From positions 11,383 to 75,382 of the IMG/VR virus record IMGVR_UViG_3300016472_000447: DNA of 64,000 nucleotides; one strand, written 5' to 3'. The translations under genes and the position numbers were made by a program. The notes under the pieces were generated by a model. That model worked only from the letters and a program-made list of their open reading frames with translations. It was not told the origin of the DNA and ran no database searches. Origin of the DNA: a virus (Duplodnaviria; Caudoviricetes). This document shows positions 7,048 through 15,805 of the stretch, one piece after another. Numbering within the stretch: position 1 is the stretch's first letter; every line of letters begins with the position of its first letter.

Positions 7048-9491
7048 CCTATACCTTCCAAAATAGTATTAATTGGTTCTAGGAAGGATTTTTCAAACAT
7101 AGTATTATAATCGGCATATTTCTTAATATTCAATTCATTGGGAATAGATGAAACGAATGCTATACAATTTTCTCCAATGATATTGGGCTCTTTGAGATAT
7201 AAGAACTTGATCTTATCGCCTTCCTTAATTCTCTCATATTTCTTATCTAATTTATTTGTCACTAAATGATAGTTATAAAGCAAAGCTCCGCGGACATGCA
7301 TCGGTGTTCCTTGTTTATAGATACTTGCTCTATCCGAATATTTATCCAATCCATTTACGCTTCTAGGAAAAGAAATGGATTCTGGCGATAACTTTTTATA
7401 CTCATCCTCAAAATTTCTAACATAAGTCTGTAGATCATTTTCAGTTTGAGTTAGGATGATTTTAACTGCATTGCGTAAAGCATCTCGAACGGGTTCGGGT
7501 GTGGATGATCTAACGATCTCCAGTCCCATAACTTTCAATTTGGGTTCTGCGTATTGAACACCTTCATTATTATATACGTTTAATGCATATCTTTTCTTAG
7601 CTACCCATATGCCTCTATCTGCAATAACTTCTCGTTTAAAGGATATTCTGTTGTCAAATGCATTAGTATAATCCGCAAGCTGATCTGTAGCTGTTTGAAG
7701 AAACGATTCTATTTTCTCATCACACACTTTATCTAAAATCTTTACTAATTTTTCCTTGGGAGTATCCTTGAAGAATTTTTGCACTAAAGGTTCTAATGTA
7801 ATATAGCACGCATCTGTATCTGAATAAAAAGAATACATATAATTCTTAGTACCACATATTTTATTTAAGTTATCATTCAATGCCTTGCCGATAGTTTGAA
7901 TAATAAACTGCCCTGTTAATGTAATTCCTTCAGCTATCCTATCATCATAGAAACGAAAGTATTCGTTTGCCATTGCACCGAATAGGGAATTCATTTGAAT
8001 TTTCCTAGCCATCTGGAAGTTATTAAATTTAGATATTAATTTCTTATATTTTTGATCCTTAGTTTCTTCAAACTTTTTCTGAGCATCCAACATGGACTTC
8101 TTATACTTTTTACGATCATCAAATAATTTTTCTACAATCTCGGGAAAGATCCCTTGTTTATTTCGCATGAAGCAATATCCGTTTGCTGTCATACAATAAT
8201 CCTTCTCCTTAAGATCATCCAAATTTATTTCTTGCTCTACGATCTTACTCATACCTATATCTTTTGAAACCCCAGTTATCATTGTCTCGGGGGAGAGATT
8301 ATACTGCATAATGATACTAGGATATAGGCTTGTTGCATCAAAAGATACTACCCAATCATATTTTCCTGGTTTAGGTTCCTGAACATATGCACCGGCAATT
8401 TGCCTACCTGGTCTTTCTACTCTCTGATGCACTACAATATTTTTCTTCCATAGATGGTTATATAGTATACAGTCCCATGTCCTTACTGCAGAAAATATAT
8501 CAACATAATTACATTTGGCATCATATGCCATAGTTAGAATCAGTTCGATAAGCCGCATCTTATCTTCTAACTGATCTACAAGTTCTACATCTCGAATGTT
8601 ATAGTCTACAAACTTTTGCCAATCGCTTTGCCAAAACTCAGTAAAGGATCCATATTCATCATATGATAATTTTTCTTTACCAAGTTCTACTTTTGCAATA
8701 TGATCTAACTTATAAGATTCCTGGGCAGTATAAGTAAATTTTCTATAAAGATCAAGATAGTCGAGTATGGCAACGCCCATAAGATCGAAAGAAACATTCT
8801 CTTTCTTTAATTTAATAATATTCTTTTGTGAGACTTGTTTCCAGGGGGAAAGTAATTTTACTTGATCTTCTCCCAATACCTTAGCTATACGATTGCACAG
8901 GTATGGTATATCAAAAAATTCAACATTCCATCCTGTGATGATATGGGGATGGTTGTCTTGTAAATCTTCTAAGAATCTTTTGAGCAGAGTAGTCTCATCT
9001 TTGCATAGAATATAATGTACATCATTTCGATAATTATTATACTCTTGCAAGCCATAAGTTGTAATCTTTTTAGTATTATAATCCTGAACTGTGATAAGTA
9101 ATACTTTCTCCATCGGATTATTAATATCCGGAAATCCCAAATCTGCAGTTGTTTCAATATCTAGTGTCCAGATACTAATCTGAGAAATATCGAATTCTAT
9201 TTCATCTGGAAAGGAATCAGATATATATTGATATCCGTAATTAGTATTACCAAAGATTGGAAAGTTTTCGACTTCCTTATATTTCATTACAAAATCTTTG
9301 GCATCATTGATGCTTTCAAAATCGATCCTATCTAGATTCTCTCCAAACAAAGATTTGAATTTGGATTCTTTTTGAGTTTTTATGAAAAGAGAAGGTTTGA
9401 ATTGGACTTTATCCTGGACTCTTTTGCCATTATTGATCCCGCGGACTAGGATATTATTACCAAACTGATTGATACTAGTGTAGAATTTCAT
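7002..9491 (-). CDS. 43: gp43 family B DNA polymerase
   Basis: Exonuclease DIET/GWN/SYKLDHIA; polymerase SFDATSLYPS, KIQMNSLFG, YSDTDA. Confidence 0.97.
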   Translation of the reverse strand: MKFYTSINQFGNNILVRGINNGKRVQDKVQFKPSLFIKTQKESKFKSLFGENLDRIDFESINDAKDFVMKYKEVENFPIFGNTNYGYQYISDSFPDEIEFDISQISIWTLDIETTADLGFPDINNPMEKVLLITVQDYNTKKITTYGLQEYNNYRNDVHYILCKDETTLLKRFLEDLQDNHPHIITGWNVEFFDIPYLCNRIAKVLGEDQVKLLSPWKQVSQKNIIKLKKENVSFDLMGVAILDYLDLYRKFTYTAQESYKLDHIAKVELGKEKLSYDEYGSFTEFWQSDWQKFVDYNIRDVELVDQLEDKMRLIELILTMAYDAKCNYVDIFSAVRTWDCILYNHLWKKNIVVHQRVERPGRQIAGAYVQEPKPGKYDWVVSFDATSLYPSIIMQYNLSPETMITGVSKDIGMSKIVEQEINLDDLKEKDYCMTANGYCFMRNKQGIFPEIVEKLFDDRKKYKKSMLDAQKKFEETKDQKYKKLISKFNNFQMARKIQMNSLFGAMANEYFRFYDDRIAEGITLTGQFIIQTIGKALNDNLNKICGTKNYMYSFYSDTDACYITLEPLVQKFFKDTPKEKLVKILDKVCDEKIESFLQTATDQLADYTNAFDNRISFKREVIADRGIWVAKKRYALNVYNNEGVQYAEPKLKVMGLEIVRSSTPEPVRDALRNAVKIILTQTENDLQTYVRNFEDEYKKLSPESISFPRSVNGLDKYSDRASIYKQGTPMHVRGALLYNYHLVTNKLDKKYERIKEGDKIKFLYLKEPNIIGENCIAFVSSIPNELNIKKYADYNTMFEKSFLEPINTILEGIGWSAKPQATLEGLFG

Positions 9492-9500
9492 AATCTTTCG

Positions 9501-9514
9501 GTCATCTTGATGAC
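9501..9514 (-). promoter_or_regulatory. hairpin just upstream of the gene 43 start (candidate autogenous operator)
   Basis: GTCAT-CAAG-ATGAC, 9 nt before ATG. Confidence 0.4.
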
Positions 9515-9515
9515 T

Positions 9516-9523
9516 TATAAATA
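9516..9523 (+). promoter_or_regulatory. T4-type late promoter for the + strand operon
   Basis: Exact TATAAATA, 72 nt upstream of the CDS at 9596. Confidence 0.65.
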
Positions 9524-9595
9524 ATAATTATATAGGAAATTGAGAATAAGAACAATATAAAATTTAGTTAAATTAACCATAAAGAGAGAGGGTCT

Positions 9596-11140
9596 ATGAA
9601 GAAAAAGGCCATAAGCATTTTCTTCGTAATGGCTTCGTTATCCGCAGTTGCTCAGACCTATGATTCGACAACAAAAGTAGACACAAATAATACCAGTACT
9701 TCTACAAGTACTGTTAACTCCAATAACAATAATACAAACACTTCTACCTCGACCAGTACTTCAACGGTCAACAGTACAAATACAAACACGAACAATAACG
9801 TAAATACTAGTACATCCACTAGTACAAATACCAATAACAATGTAAATCAGAATATAAATTCTGGTGAAACTACCACTAACGTAGTGAACTCCGGAACGGT
9901 CACATATAACAATAACAACGTGAATACTGGCACGATGACCAACATCAATCAGAACACTTCAACATCCAATAGTACGAATACGAACAACAACAATAATATA
10001 AATCAAAACATTAACTCTGGGGAACAGACATTTAACAATAATAACGTCAGCACATCGACGAGCACCAATACCAACATCAATCAGAACATTAACTCTGGGA
10101 CGATGACATACAATAACAATAACAATAACAATACTACTAGCAATAATACAAATGTCAATCAGAACATCAACTCTGGAACGATGACATACAATAATAATAA
10201 TAACACCACAAGCACAAATACAAATAACAATATTAATCAGAACATTAACTCTGGCACAATGACATATAACAATAATAACGTCAATACCTCGAACTCTACA
10301 TCTGATAATACCAATCGGACTATAATGTCGGGGCAAGTCACGTATAATAATAACAATAATACTACCTCAAACAATACTAATACTAATCATAACATTAATT
10401 CTGGAACAATGACTTACAATAATAATAATGTTTCAACATCAACTAGTAACAATACGAATACCAATAATAATACCAATGTTAATATAAATTCTGGTACACA
10501 GACATTCAATAACAACAATGTGAGCACAAGCAACGCCACGAACAATAATAACAATAACAACGTGAATACTTCGACCTCTACATCGACGAACACGAACGTG
10601 AATCAGAACAATTCCGTATCTCGGAGCACCAGCAACAATGTAAACGCTAATACGAATCAGAACGTCAATGTAAACACTGGTGACATGACCAACCGCAATA
10701 TCAATACTACCGAGATCAAGCAAGAAGTCAAGACACCTCCTCCTACTGCTGTTGCACCATCCATGATGTCTGGGGGAGGTAACGATCTCTGTACCACAGG
10801 TACTTCGGGTGCAGTGCAGACTCAGATATTTGGTGTGTCAGCAGGCGGTACAGTAAGAGACATGAATTGCGAGAGATTGAAACTCTCAAAGACACTTTAT
10901 GACATGGGTATGAAGGTGGCAGCAGTTGCTACCATGTGCCAGGATCGCAGGGTATTCGACGCGATGATGGCAGCAGGAACTCCCTGCCCATATGAAGGTA
11001 AGATCGGAGCCGAGGCGATGGCTCTCTGGACATCAAATCCAGAGAAGATCCCTGCCCCTGTCGTAAAGGAAGAAGATGACACTTATAAGAAAATTGGCCT
11101 TGGTACTGTTCTCGGTGCTATGGCTTCAAGATTATTCTAA
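9596..11140 (+). CDS. secreted Asn/Thr-repeat protein with Cys-containing C-terminal domain
   Basis: Signal peptide (...SLSAVA-Q); ~8 copies of NxNINSG(T/E)xT(Y/F)NNNN; C-terminal PPPTAVAP...DLCTTG...NCERLKL...MCQD...TPCP; hydrophobic tail. Confidence 0.8.
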   Translation: MKKKAISIFFVMASLSAVAQTYDSTTKVDTNNTSTSTSTVNSNNNNTNTSTSTSTSTVNSTNTNTNNNVNTSTSTSTNTNNNVNQNINSGETTTNVVNSGTVTYNNNNVNTGTMTNINQNTSTSNSTNTNNNNNINQNINSGEQTFNNNNVSTSTSTNTNINQNINSGTMTYNNNNNNNTTSNNTNVNQNINSGTMTYNNNNNTTSTNTNNNINQNINSGTMTYNNNNVNTSNSTSDNTNRTIMSGQVTYNNNNNTTSNNTNTNHNINSGTMTYNNNNVSTSTSNNTNTNNNTNVNINSGTQTFNNNNVSTSNATNNNNNNNVNTSTSTSTNTNVNQNNSVSRSTSNNVNANTNQNVNVNTGDMTNRNINTTEIKQEVKTPPPTAVAPSMMSGGGNDLCTTGTSGAVQTQIFGVSAGGTVRDMNCERLKLSKTLYDMGMKVAAVATMCQDRRVFDAMMAAGTPCPYEGKIGAEAMALWTSNPEKIPAPVVKEEDDTYKKIGLGTVLGAMASRLF

Positions 11141-13064
11141 CGCACAAGAAGTAGTTGCTGCCCCCGTAACCACCCAAAATCATCAAATTGGTGATGATGG
11201 GTGGTCTAATGTGCCTTTGCAATTCAATTTCCCTTTCTATGGCCAAAACTTTAACAACAGTTGGCTATACAGTAATGGTGCGATTGGATTTGTGAATCCA
11301 AACCAAGGTGGTTTGGGTGGCAACAATCTATCTGTGAGAGAGTTCACCAACAACATGGGCAGCCAGTTCAACTACACCATCTATCCCATGTGGACCGATC
11401 TCATCAATCTTTCTGGCACCTTTCAAACAGAAGGATCTGCTGACTTCCAGAGATACAAATGGATAGGTATTAGTCCCTATGCTGACGGAAACAGATTCAA
11501 CACCTTCACTGTGGAAATCAAACCCAACGGACAGATCAATGTCAACTATAGTTTGGTTAATGTGAATTATGCAACCATTGGTTTAATTGGTGATGCTAGC
11601 AAGGGTGAATATGAGCAGATATACAGATTCAATGGTGGAGTGAATACTGGCATGGTTTCTGATTGGAGTAGATACACAAGCGTAGCAGTTGATCCTTGTA
11701 TAGAAAATCCTACAGCCTCTTCCAGTTGTCCTGGTTATGCTCAAGCTCTTTTGAGTCAGATAGCAAATGTACTACCTGCAGCAACCGAAGTAGCAACAAC
11801 GACCTCTCCTGCTTCCCAAGCTGAACCAGTACAAGAAAATACAGCATCTTCATCTGCATTGGCAGCTGCAGTCCAGCAATCATCTTCAGAACCTCAAGCA
11901 GCGGAACCCGTAGCAACCGCAGAACAGAAACAAGAGCAGAGCGGTGAGAAGAAAGGTGCTTCTCTATCCACTATCCTGAGTATCGTCGGCAAAGAGCAGA
12001 GCAGGATAGCAGCAGTAGAGCAGAGCGTTGTGTCGGAATCAGTATCCCAAGCGATGAAGGATGCCGACAGGATGACTGCGGATGCCGAAGCAGTCGCCCA
12101 GCAGAGTTCCAGCCAGAGCCAAGAGCAAGCATCCACAGAACCGAACAACAATCAGACGCAGACAGCAACTGTACAGCAAGCATCAGTCCAGACCACAGTA
12201 TCTGCAGCAAGCCTCGCAGCTAGATCGGGTCCTGCTGAACAGCGAGCAGAAGAGAAGAAAGAAGAGCAGACTTCTCAGCAAGATCAAGACACCTCATCTC
12301 AAGTACGACCCAATCGGCAAGATGATTCCGCCCAAGCAATCGTGCAGCAGAATCAGAACATGGAACCTCCCAAGCCGCAGGTGATAGTACAGGATAGCCA
12401 ACCGCAGCAACAGATGGATATATCTATCCTCGTACCGGTTCAGAATATGCAGACAGAATCTCAGACATCTCAAGGAGCAGTTGAGATGAAGCAACCTGAT
12501 CCAATCAAGATGGAGGAAACGCAGGCTCCTGTCCAGGTGTTAGCAGTAGAACAGAGACCAGTATCCTCTCAACCCATCGCAACGGCACCCCAGCAAGAAA
12601 CTTCAGTTCCAAGCTTGATACCCCCATCATTAGCTGATCCTCTACGCATAGAGGCGGTGATACAGGATTCATTGCCTACGAATTATTCTCTGATACCCGA
12701 GCGCAGAGTCGTAGAAGAGATCGAGATGCCCAGGATGGAAGAATATAAAGCGGTGACGACTAATCCTGCTGAGGATTTCAAAGACAGCAAACCCCCTGTG
12801 ATGGAACAGCAACAGCAATCTCAGGGACAGCAGGTCAAATCAAATGTGCAAGATAACGAAGCAGCAGGAGGAGTATCGTTGGATAGGATGGCAGTACAAC
12901 CTGCAGGTTATGCGCAGTATAGCATCGCATTGAAAGATGCCGCATTCTATGAACCCAAAGAGATTTACAAAGGACAGAAAGTAGTAGATAATGCAAGAGC
13001 ATTGAGACAGTTAGCGACGGATAAACTTCATCAAGAGATGGTAGAACAACAATACAGGAGATAA
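11076..13064 (+). CDS. secreted protein: nidogen(NIDO)-like N-domain, long Q/S/E/P/A-rich stalk, globular C-terminus
   Basis: Signal peptide; DDGWSNVPLQFNFPFYG...SNGAIGF...IYPMWTDL; CIENPTASSSC; low-complexity middle. Confidence 0.7.
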   Translation: MTLIRKLALVLFSVLWLQDYSNAQEVVAAPVTTQNHQIGDDGWSNVPLQFNFPFYGQNFNNSWLYSNGAIGFVNPNQGGLGGNNLSVREFTNNMGSQFNYTIYPMWTDLINLSGTFQTEGSADFQRYKWIGISPYADGNRFNTFTVEIKPNGQINVNYSLVNVNYATIGLIGDASKGEYEQIYRFNGGVNTGMVSDWSRYTSVAVDPCIENPTASSSCPGYAQALLSQIANVLPAATEVATTTSPASQAEPVQENTASSSALAAAVQQSSSEPQAAEPVATAEQKQEQSGEKKGASLSTILSIVGKEQSRIAAVEQSVVSESVSQAMKDADRMTADAEAVAQQSSSQSQEQASTEPNNNQTQTATVQQASVQTTVSAASLAARSGPAEQRAEEKKEEQTSQQDQDTSSQVRPNRQDDSAQAIVQQNQNMEPPKPQVIVQDSQPQQQMDISILVPVQNMQTESQTSQGAVEMKQPDPIKMEETQAPVQVLAVEQRPVSSQPIATAPQQETSVPSLIPPSLADPLRIEAVIQDSLPTNYSLIPERRVVEEIEMPRMEEYKAVTTNPAEDFKDSKPPVMEQQQQSQGQQVKSNVQDNEAAGGVSLDRMAVQPAGYAQYSIALKDAAFYEPKEIYKGQKVVDNARALRQLATDKLHQEMVEQQYRR

Positions 13065-13065
13065 A

Positions 13066-13596
13066 ATGTCTAACTTGGATGAAAAAGTAGATAAGCTAGA
13101 AGCAGCAGTAGATCCTAATACAGTAATATCAATAGGTGGAATCAATTTCACGCCTGCTAAACTTATGATCGCCGGCGGTATCCTATCATCCGTCCTCGGC
13201 GGTCTATATGGCGCATTCGAAGTATACAAAGATTACATGAGCATGAAAGAAGCCATACAGACATATGTTGCACCCGACCTCTCTGCCATCAACGAGAAGC
13301 TCTCGGTGCTAGAGAAGCAGATGGAAAATGTGAAGAGCAGTGTAGGAGAAGCAGCAGATTATACAAGTGATATAAAAAATGATCTAAAGTCAGACATTCG
13401 TAGATTAGAGAATGTAGTAGAAGGCGTAGAGAGAGGAAGTAAACAACTCCAAAGAGAGACACTGGCAGATGTTAAATCCATGAGGGATGAATTACGCGAT
13501 ACACGCAGAGAAGTCGAACGCGAGATGCGCCAGCAGAAGGCTGAACTTGAGAAGAAACTAAAAGAGAGCATAGACAATCCTCTAGCTGGAAAATAA
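13066..13596 (+). CDS. single-TM coiled-coil membrane protein
   Basis: Hydrophobic LMIAGGILSSVLGGLYGAF, followed by ~120 aa of heptad-like helix. Confidence 0.7.
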   Translation: MSNLDEKVDKLEAAVDPNTVISIGGINFTPAKLMIAGGILSSVLGGLYGAFEVYKDYMSMKEAIQTYVAPDLSAINEKLSVLEKQMENVKSSVGEAADYTSDIKNDLKSDIRRLENVVEGVERGSKQLQRETLADVKSMRDELRDTRREVEREMRQQKAELEKKLKESIDNPLAGK

Positions 13597-14115
13597 ATGG
13601 ATATCGCGGAAGTACTGAAATCCGCGAACATGGCATTTGAACAGGTGAAAAAGGTGTCGGCTTTTACCGACGATGCCAATGCTATCATGGGTAGTATCAC
13701 AGGATTTGCAGGTCAACTAGGTGAACTCAAGAAAGCGTTGGTATTGAATGATATGCAGGATCTACATCAGAAATCTACCAGTTCAAAGAAGCCGAAGAAG
13801 ACTGCTACTGGGAAAGCGATGGATGTGTATACCGCTAAGGTGCGTCTCCGGCACATGGAACAAGAACTATACCATATGTTCCTTTATGGGGATCTAAATC
13901 ATCTAGGAATGGATGGATACAAAGAATTCTGTGCCATACGTCAGAGTATCGAGGATCAAGCTCGCAAAAGTGCAGAAGCAGAACATGCATGGAAACTAAA
14001 TGAAGAAGCTGATGAACAATTCATGAAGCAACTTAAAATTATAGGCGGGGCAGCATTTGGGGGTATCGTAGCAACAGTGCAACTGGCACAACAAATTAAG
14101 GATTTACTACAATAA
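13597..14115 (+). CDS. hypothetical protein with C-terminal hydrophobic segment
   Basis: 172 aa; IIGGAAFGGIVATVQLA near the C-terminus. Confidence 0.65.
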   Translation: MDIAEVLKSANMAFEQVKKVSAFTDDANAIMGSITGFAGQLGELKKALVLNDMQDLHQKSTSSKKPKKTATGKAMDVYTAKVRLRHMEQELYHMFLYGDLNHLGMDGYKEFCAIRQSIEDQARKSAEAEHAWKLNEEADEQFMKQLKIIGGAAFGGIVATVQLAQQIKDLLQ

Positions 14116-14151
14116 TAAATACAATTGGTTTTACCGTAACTAGGAGATACT

Positions 14152-14364
14152 ATGAATAAATTATTACTAATCGTAGCAATTTCTTTGTTATTGGCGGGTT
14201 GCGAACAGCAGTATAGATATCCATGTCAGGACCCCAATAATTGGGATAATGAATCTTGTCAAAAACCCCTATGTGAAGTAAATAGGGATTGTCCCGAACA
14301 TATTTTTAAAGAAAATAAAGACGGTTCGTCTAAATCTAAATCATTCAAAGGAGAATGTAAATGA
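14152..14364 (+). CDS. small Cys-rich lipoprotein
   Basis: MNKLLLIVAISLLLAG-C lipobox; further Cys in YPCQDP, SCQKPLC, RDCPE; GGAG RBS. Confidence 0.8.
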   Translation: MNKLLLIVAISLLLAGCEQQYRYPCQDPNNWDNESCQKPLCEVNRDCPEHIFKENKDGSSKSKSFKGECK

Positions 14365-14777
14365 AAGAAGTAAAAGCATCAAATCGTTATTCTGAAGAAG
14401 AATTGATGGTTCGTCTTAAATTTTTCATAGGCATTTGCTTAGCATTAACATTAATAGGCATCGTTTTTACTGTATTATATAGCATCATGTTTATAACACA
14501 ACCATTAAACGCGATCAGTCCTATTGATTCAAAATTCTTTGAATTAATTATACCGATAGCAACATTCCTTACTGGCACATTGTCGGGTATAATGTTGGCT
14601 GGTACAGGTAAAGATGCAGCTATGTCTGGGGCAGCACAAGCAAGCAAAAGCTTCGCACCTAAACCATTAGCAAGTCCTGTTTCTAATCCAGCACCATTAA
14701 ATCCCTCACCTGTCATGAAAGAACCTACTATGTCTTTCAGTAAGGTTGAAGAAGTCAAGTTAGATTCAGAGCCCTGA
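14361..14777 (+). CDS. two-TM membrane protein
   Basis: FFIGICLALTLIGIVFTVLYSIMFI and FFELIIPIATFLTGTLSGIMLAG; Pro-rich tail. Confidence 0.75.
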   Translation: MKEVKASNRYSEEELMVRLKFFIGICLALTLIGIVFTVLYSIMFITQPLNAISPIDSKFFELIIPIATFLTGTLSGIMLAGTGKDAAMSGAAQASKSFAPKPLASPVSNPAPLNPSPVMKEPTMSFSKVEEVKLDSEP

Positions 14778-14779
14778 TT

Positions 14780-15097
14780 GTGAAAAAATCATTACAACCT
14801 AATTCTAAATATAATCGATTTGATTTGAATCGAGATGGGGAGGTCTCAGATAATGAGATGCAGGATTCCTACGATATGTTAGAATTGGAATTGAAGGAGG
14901 AAAAGGCCGATACTCAAAAACGTATGGCTTGGGCTTCCTTCATTGTAATGGTAGCGGTAACAGTTTTTCTGTTTTTGCCTGTAGTATCAGATACCCGAGT
15001 AGAGGCACTTAGTGATCTACTCGGGTTATTTTATATCTCTCAGGCGGGTATAATAGGTGCGTATATGGGAGTAACCGCTTGGATGAATAAAAAATGA
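14780..15097 (+). CDS. holin-like two-TM protein with EF-hand-like loop
   Basis: DLNRDGEVSDNE (DxDxDG-like), two hydrophobic helices, basic C-terminus; GTG start. Confidence 0.6.
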   Translation: MKKSLQPNSKYNRFDLNRDGEVSDNEMQDSYDMLELELKEEKADTQKRMAWASFIVMVAVTVFLFLPVVSDTRVEALSDLLGLFYISQAGIIGAYMGVTAWMNKK

Positions 15098-15186
15098 TGA
15101 TAGATTATTTTGTAGCTTATTGGTTGTATCTTGTATATTTGCCCTATGCACTCATACCCGAATACGGAAGGTTATTTTCTAAGTAA
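15094..15186 (+). CDS. 30-aa hydrophobic peptide (not in ORF track)
   Basis: ATGA overlap with the upstream stop; MMIDYFVAYWLYLVYLPYALIPEYGRLFSK*. Confidence 0.5.
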   Translation: MMIDYFVAYWLYLVYLPYALIPEYGRLFSK

Positions 15187-15520
15187 TACTCACTTGCGGA
15201 GTTTGTCTGCCACCGTCATTGACCGCTTTGCCCAATTGATTCGTTACTATTTGAATACCTGATCCAAAGATAGCATTATACTGATTAAATACTTCATCAT
15301 CTAAATCTGCTTCCCAAACTATACTAGATGCCTTAACTTTGATCTTATGCTCTTTAGTATATCCAGCATATGGGATAAGCCCCATAGAATGTTGATCTGG
15401 TGTAGAACGAGACCCCAATAACATAATAGCACATGGTTTATTAACCAACACATATTCATTCTGATATGTGACCTCTCCAATTACTTCTTCGCCTGTAATT
15501 AATTTCAAAAGTTTAATCAT
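15179..15520 (-). CDS. T4-like hypothetical protein (possible Sm-like fold)
   Basis: MIKLLKLITGEEVIGEV N-terminus, typical of small beta-barrel proteins in T4-like phages. Confidence 0.6.
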   Translation of the reverse strand: MIKLLKLITGEEVIGEVTYQNEYVLVNKPCAIMLLGSRSTPDQHSMGLIPYAGYTKEHKIKVKASSIVWEADLDDEVFNQYNAIFGSGIQIVTNQLGKAVNDGGRQTPQVSIT

Positions 15521-15692
15521 TTTCTGTCAGTCTCCAAATATATTCTGTTGCTTCAATTTCGTCATAAAAAATTTTAAAATTTGTTTCCAAGGATGCTTGA
15601 TTATACATAAAAATTAGTATATGGTCGGATAGGGAACTAGTTTTAATTATCCAGTCCCCGATCCTTACTGCATTTAGAAATGCTATTCCCAA
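15513..15692 (-). CDS. 59-aa hypothetical protein (TTG start; not in ORF track)
   Basis: Open frame ...DWIIKTSSLSDHILIFMYNQASLETNFKIFYDEIEATEYIWRLTEND* overlapping both neighbours; start uncertain. Confidence 0.45.
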   Translation of the reverse strand: MGIAFLNAVRIGDWIIKTSSLSDHILIFMYNQASLETNFKIFYDEIEATEYIWRLTEND

Positions 15693-15805
15693 TGGTGAAA
15701 AAAGCCTTTATTATGAAATCTCAGATGTTGCTTTGCTCTTTCCATCTGAATTTCAGTTATCACCTCAAAGATAAACTTAAAGAAATTACTTATCGTTTTC
15801 AACAT
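15683..15805 (-). CDS. 40-aa hypothetical protein (not in ORF track)
   Basis: GGAGG RBS inside the hsp20 3' end; MLKTISNFFKFIFEVITEIQMERAKQHLRFHNKGFFHHWE*. Confidence 0.6.
   Translation of the reverse strand: MLKTISNFFKFIFEVITEIQMERAKQHLRFHNKGFFHHWE

Noticed and set aside
9658-10723. AAC/AAT-rich tandem repeats as a CRISPR array or microsatellite; antisense ORFs 9658, 9959 and 10439
   Set aside because: There is no fixed-length identical repeat with unique spacers. The repeats are in-frame protein repeats of the + strand CDS, and the antisense ORFs are stop-poor shadows of that composition.
15624-15665. Imperfect hairpin GGATCGGGGACTGG...CTAGTTCCCTATCC as an ncRNA or terminator
   Set aside because: It has no U-tract and lies within a probable 59-aa coding frame.
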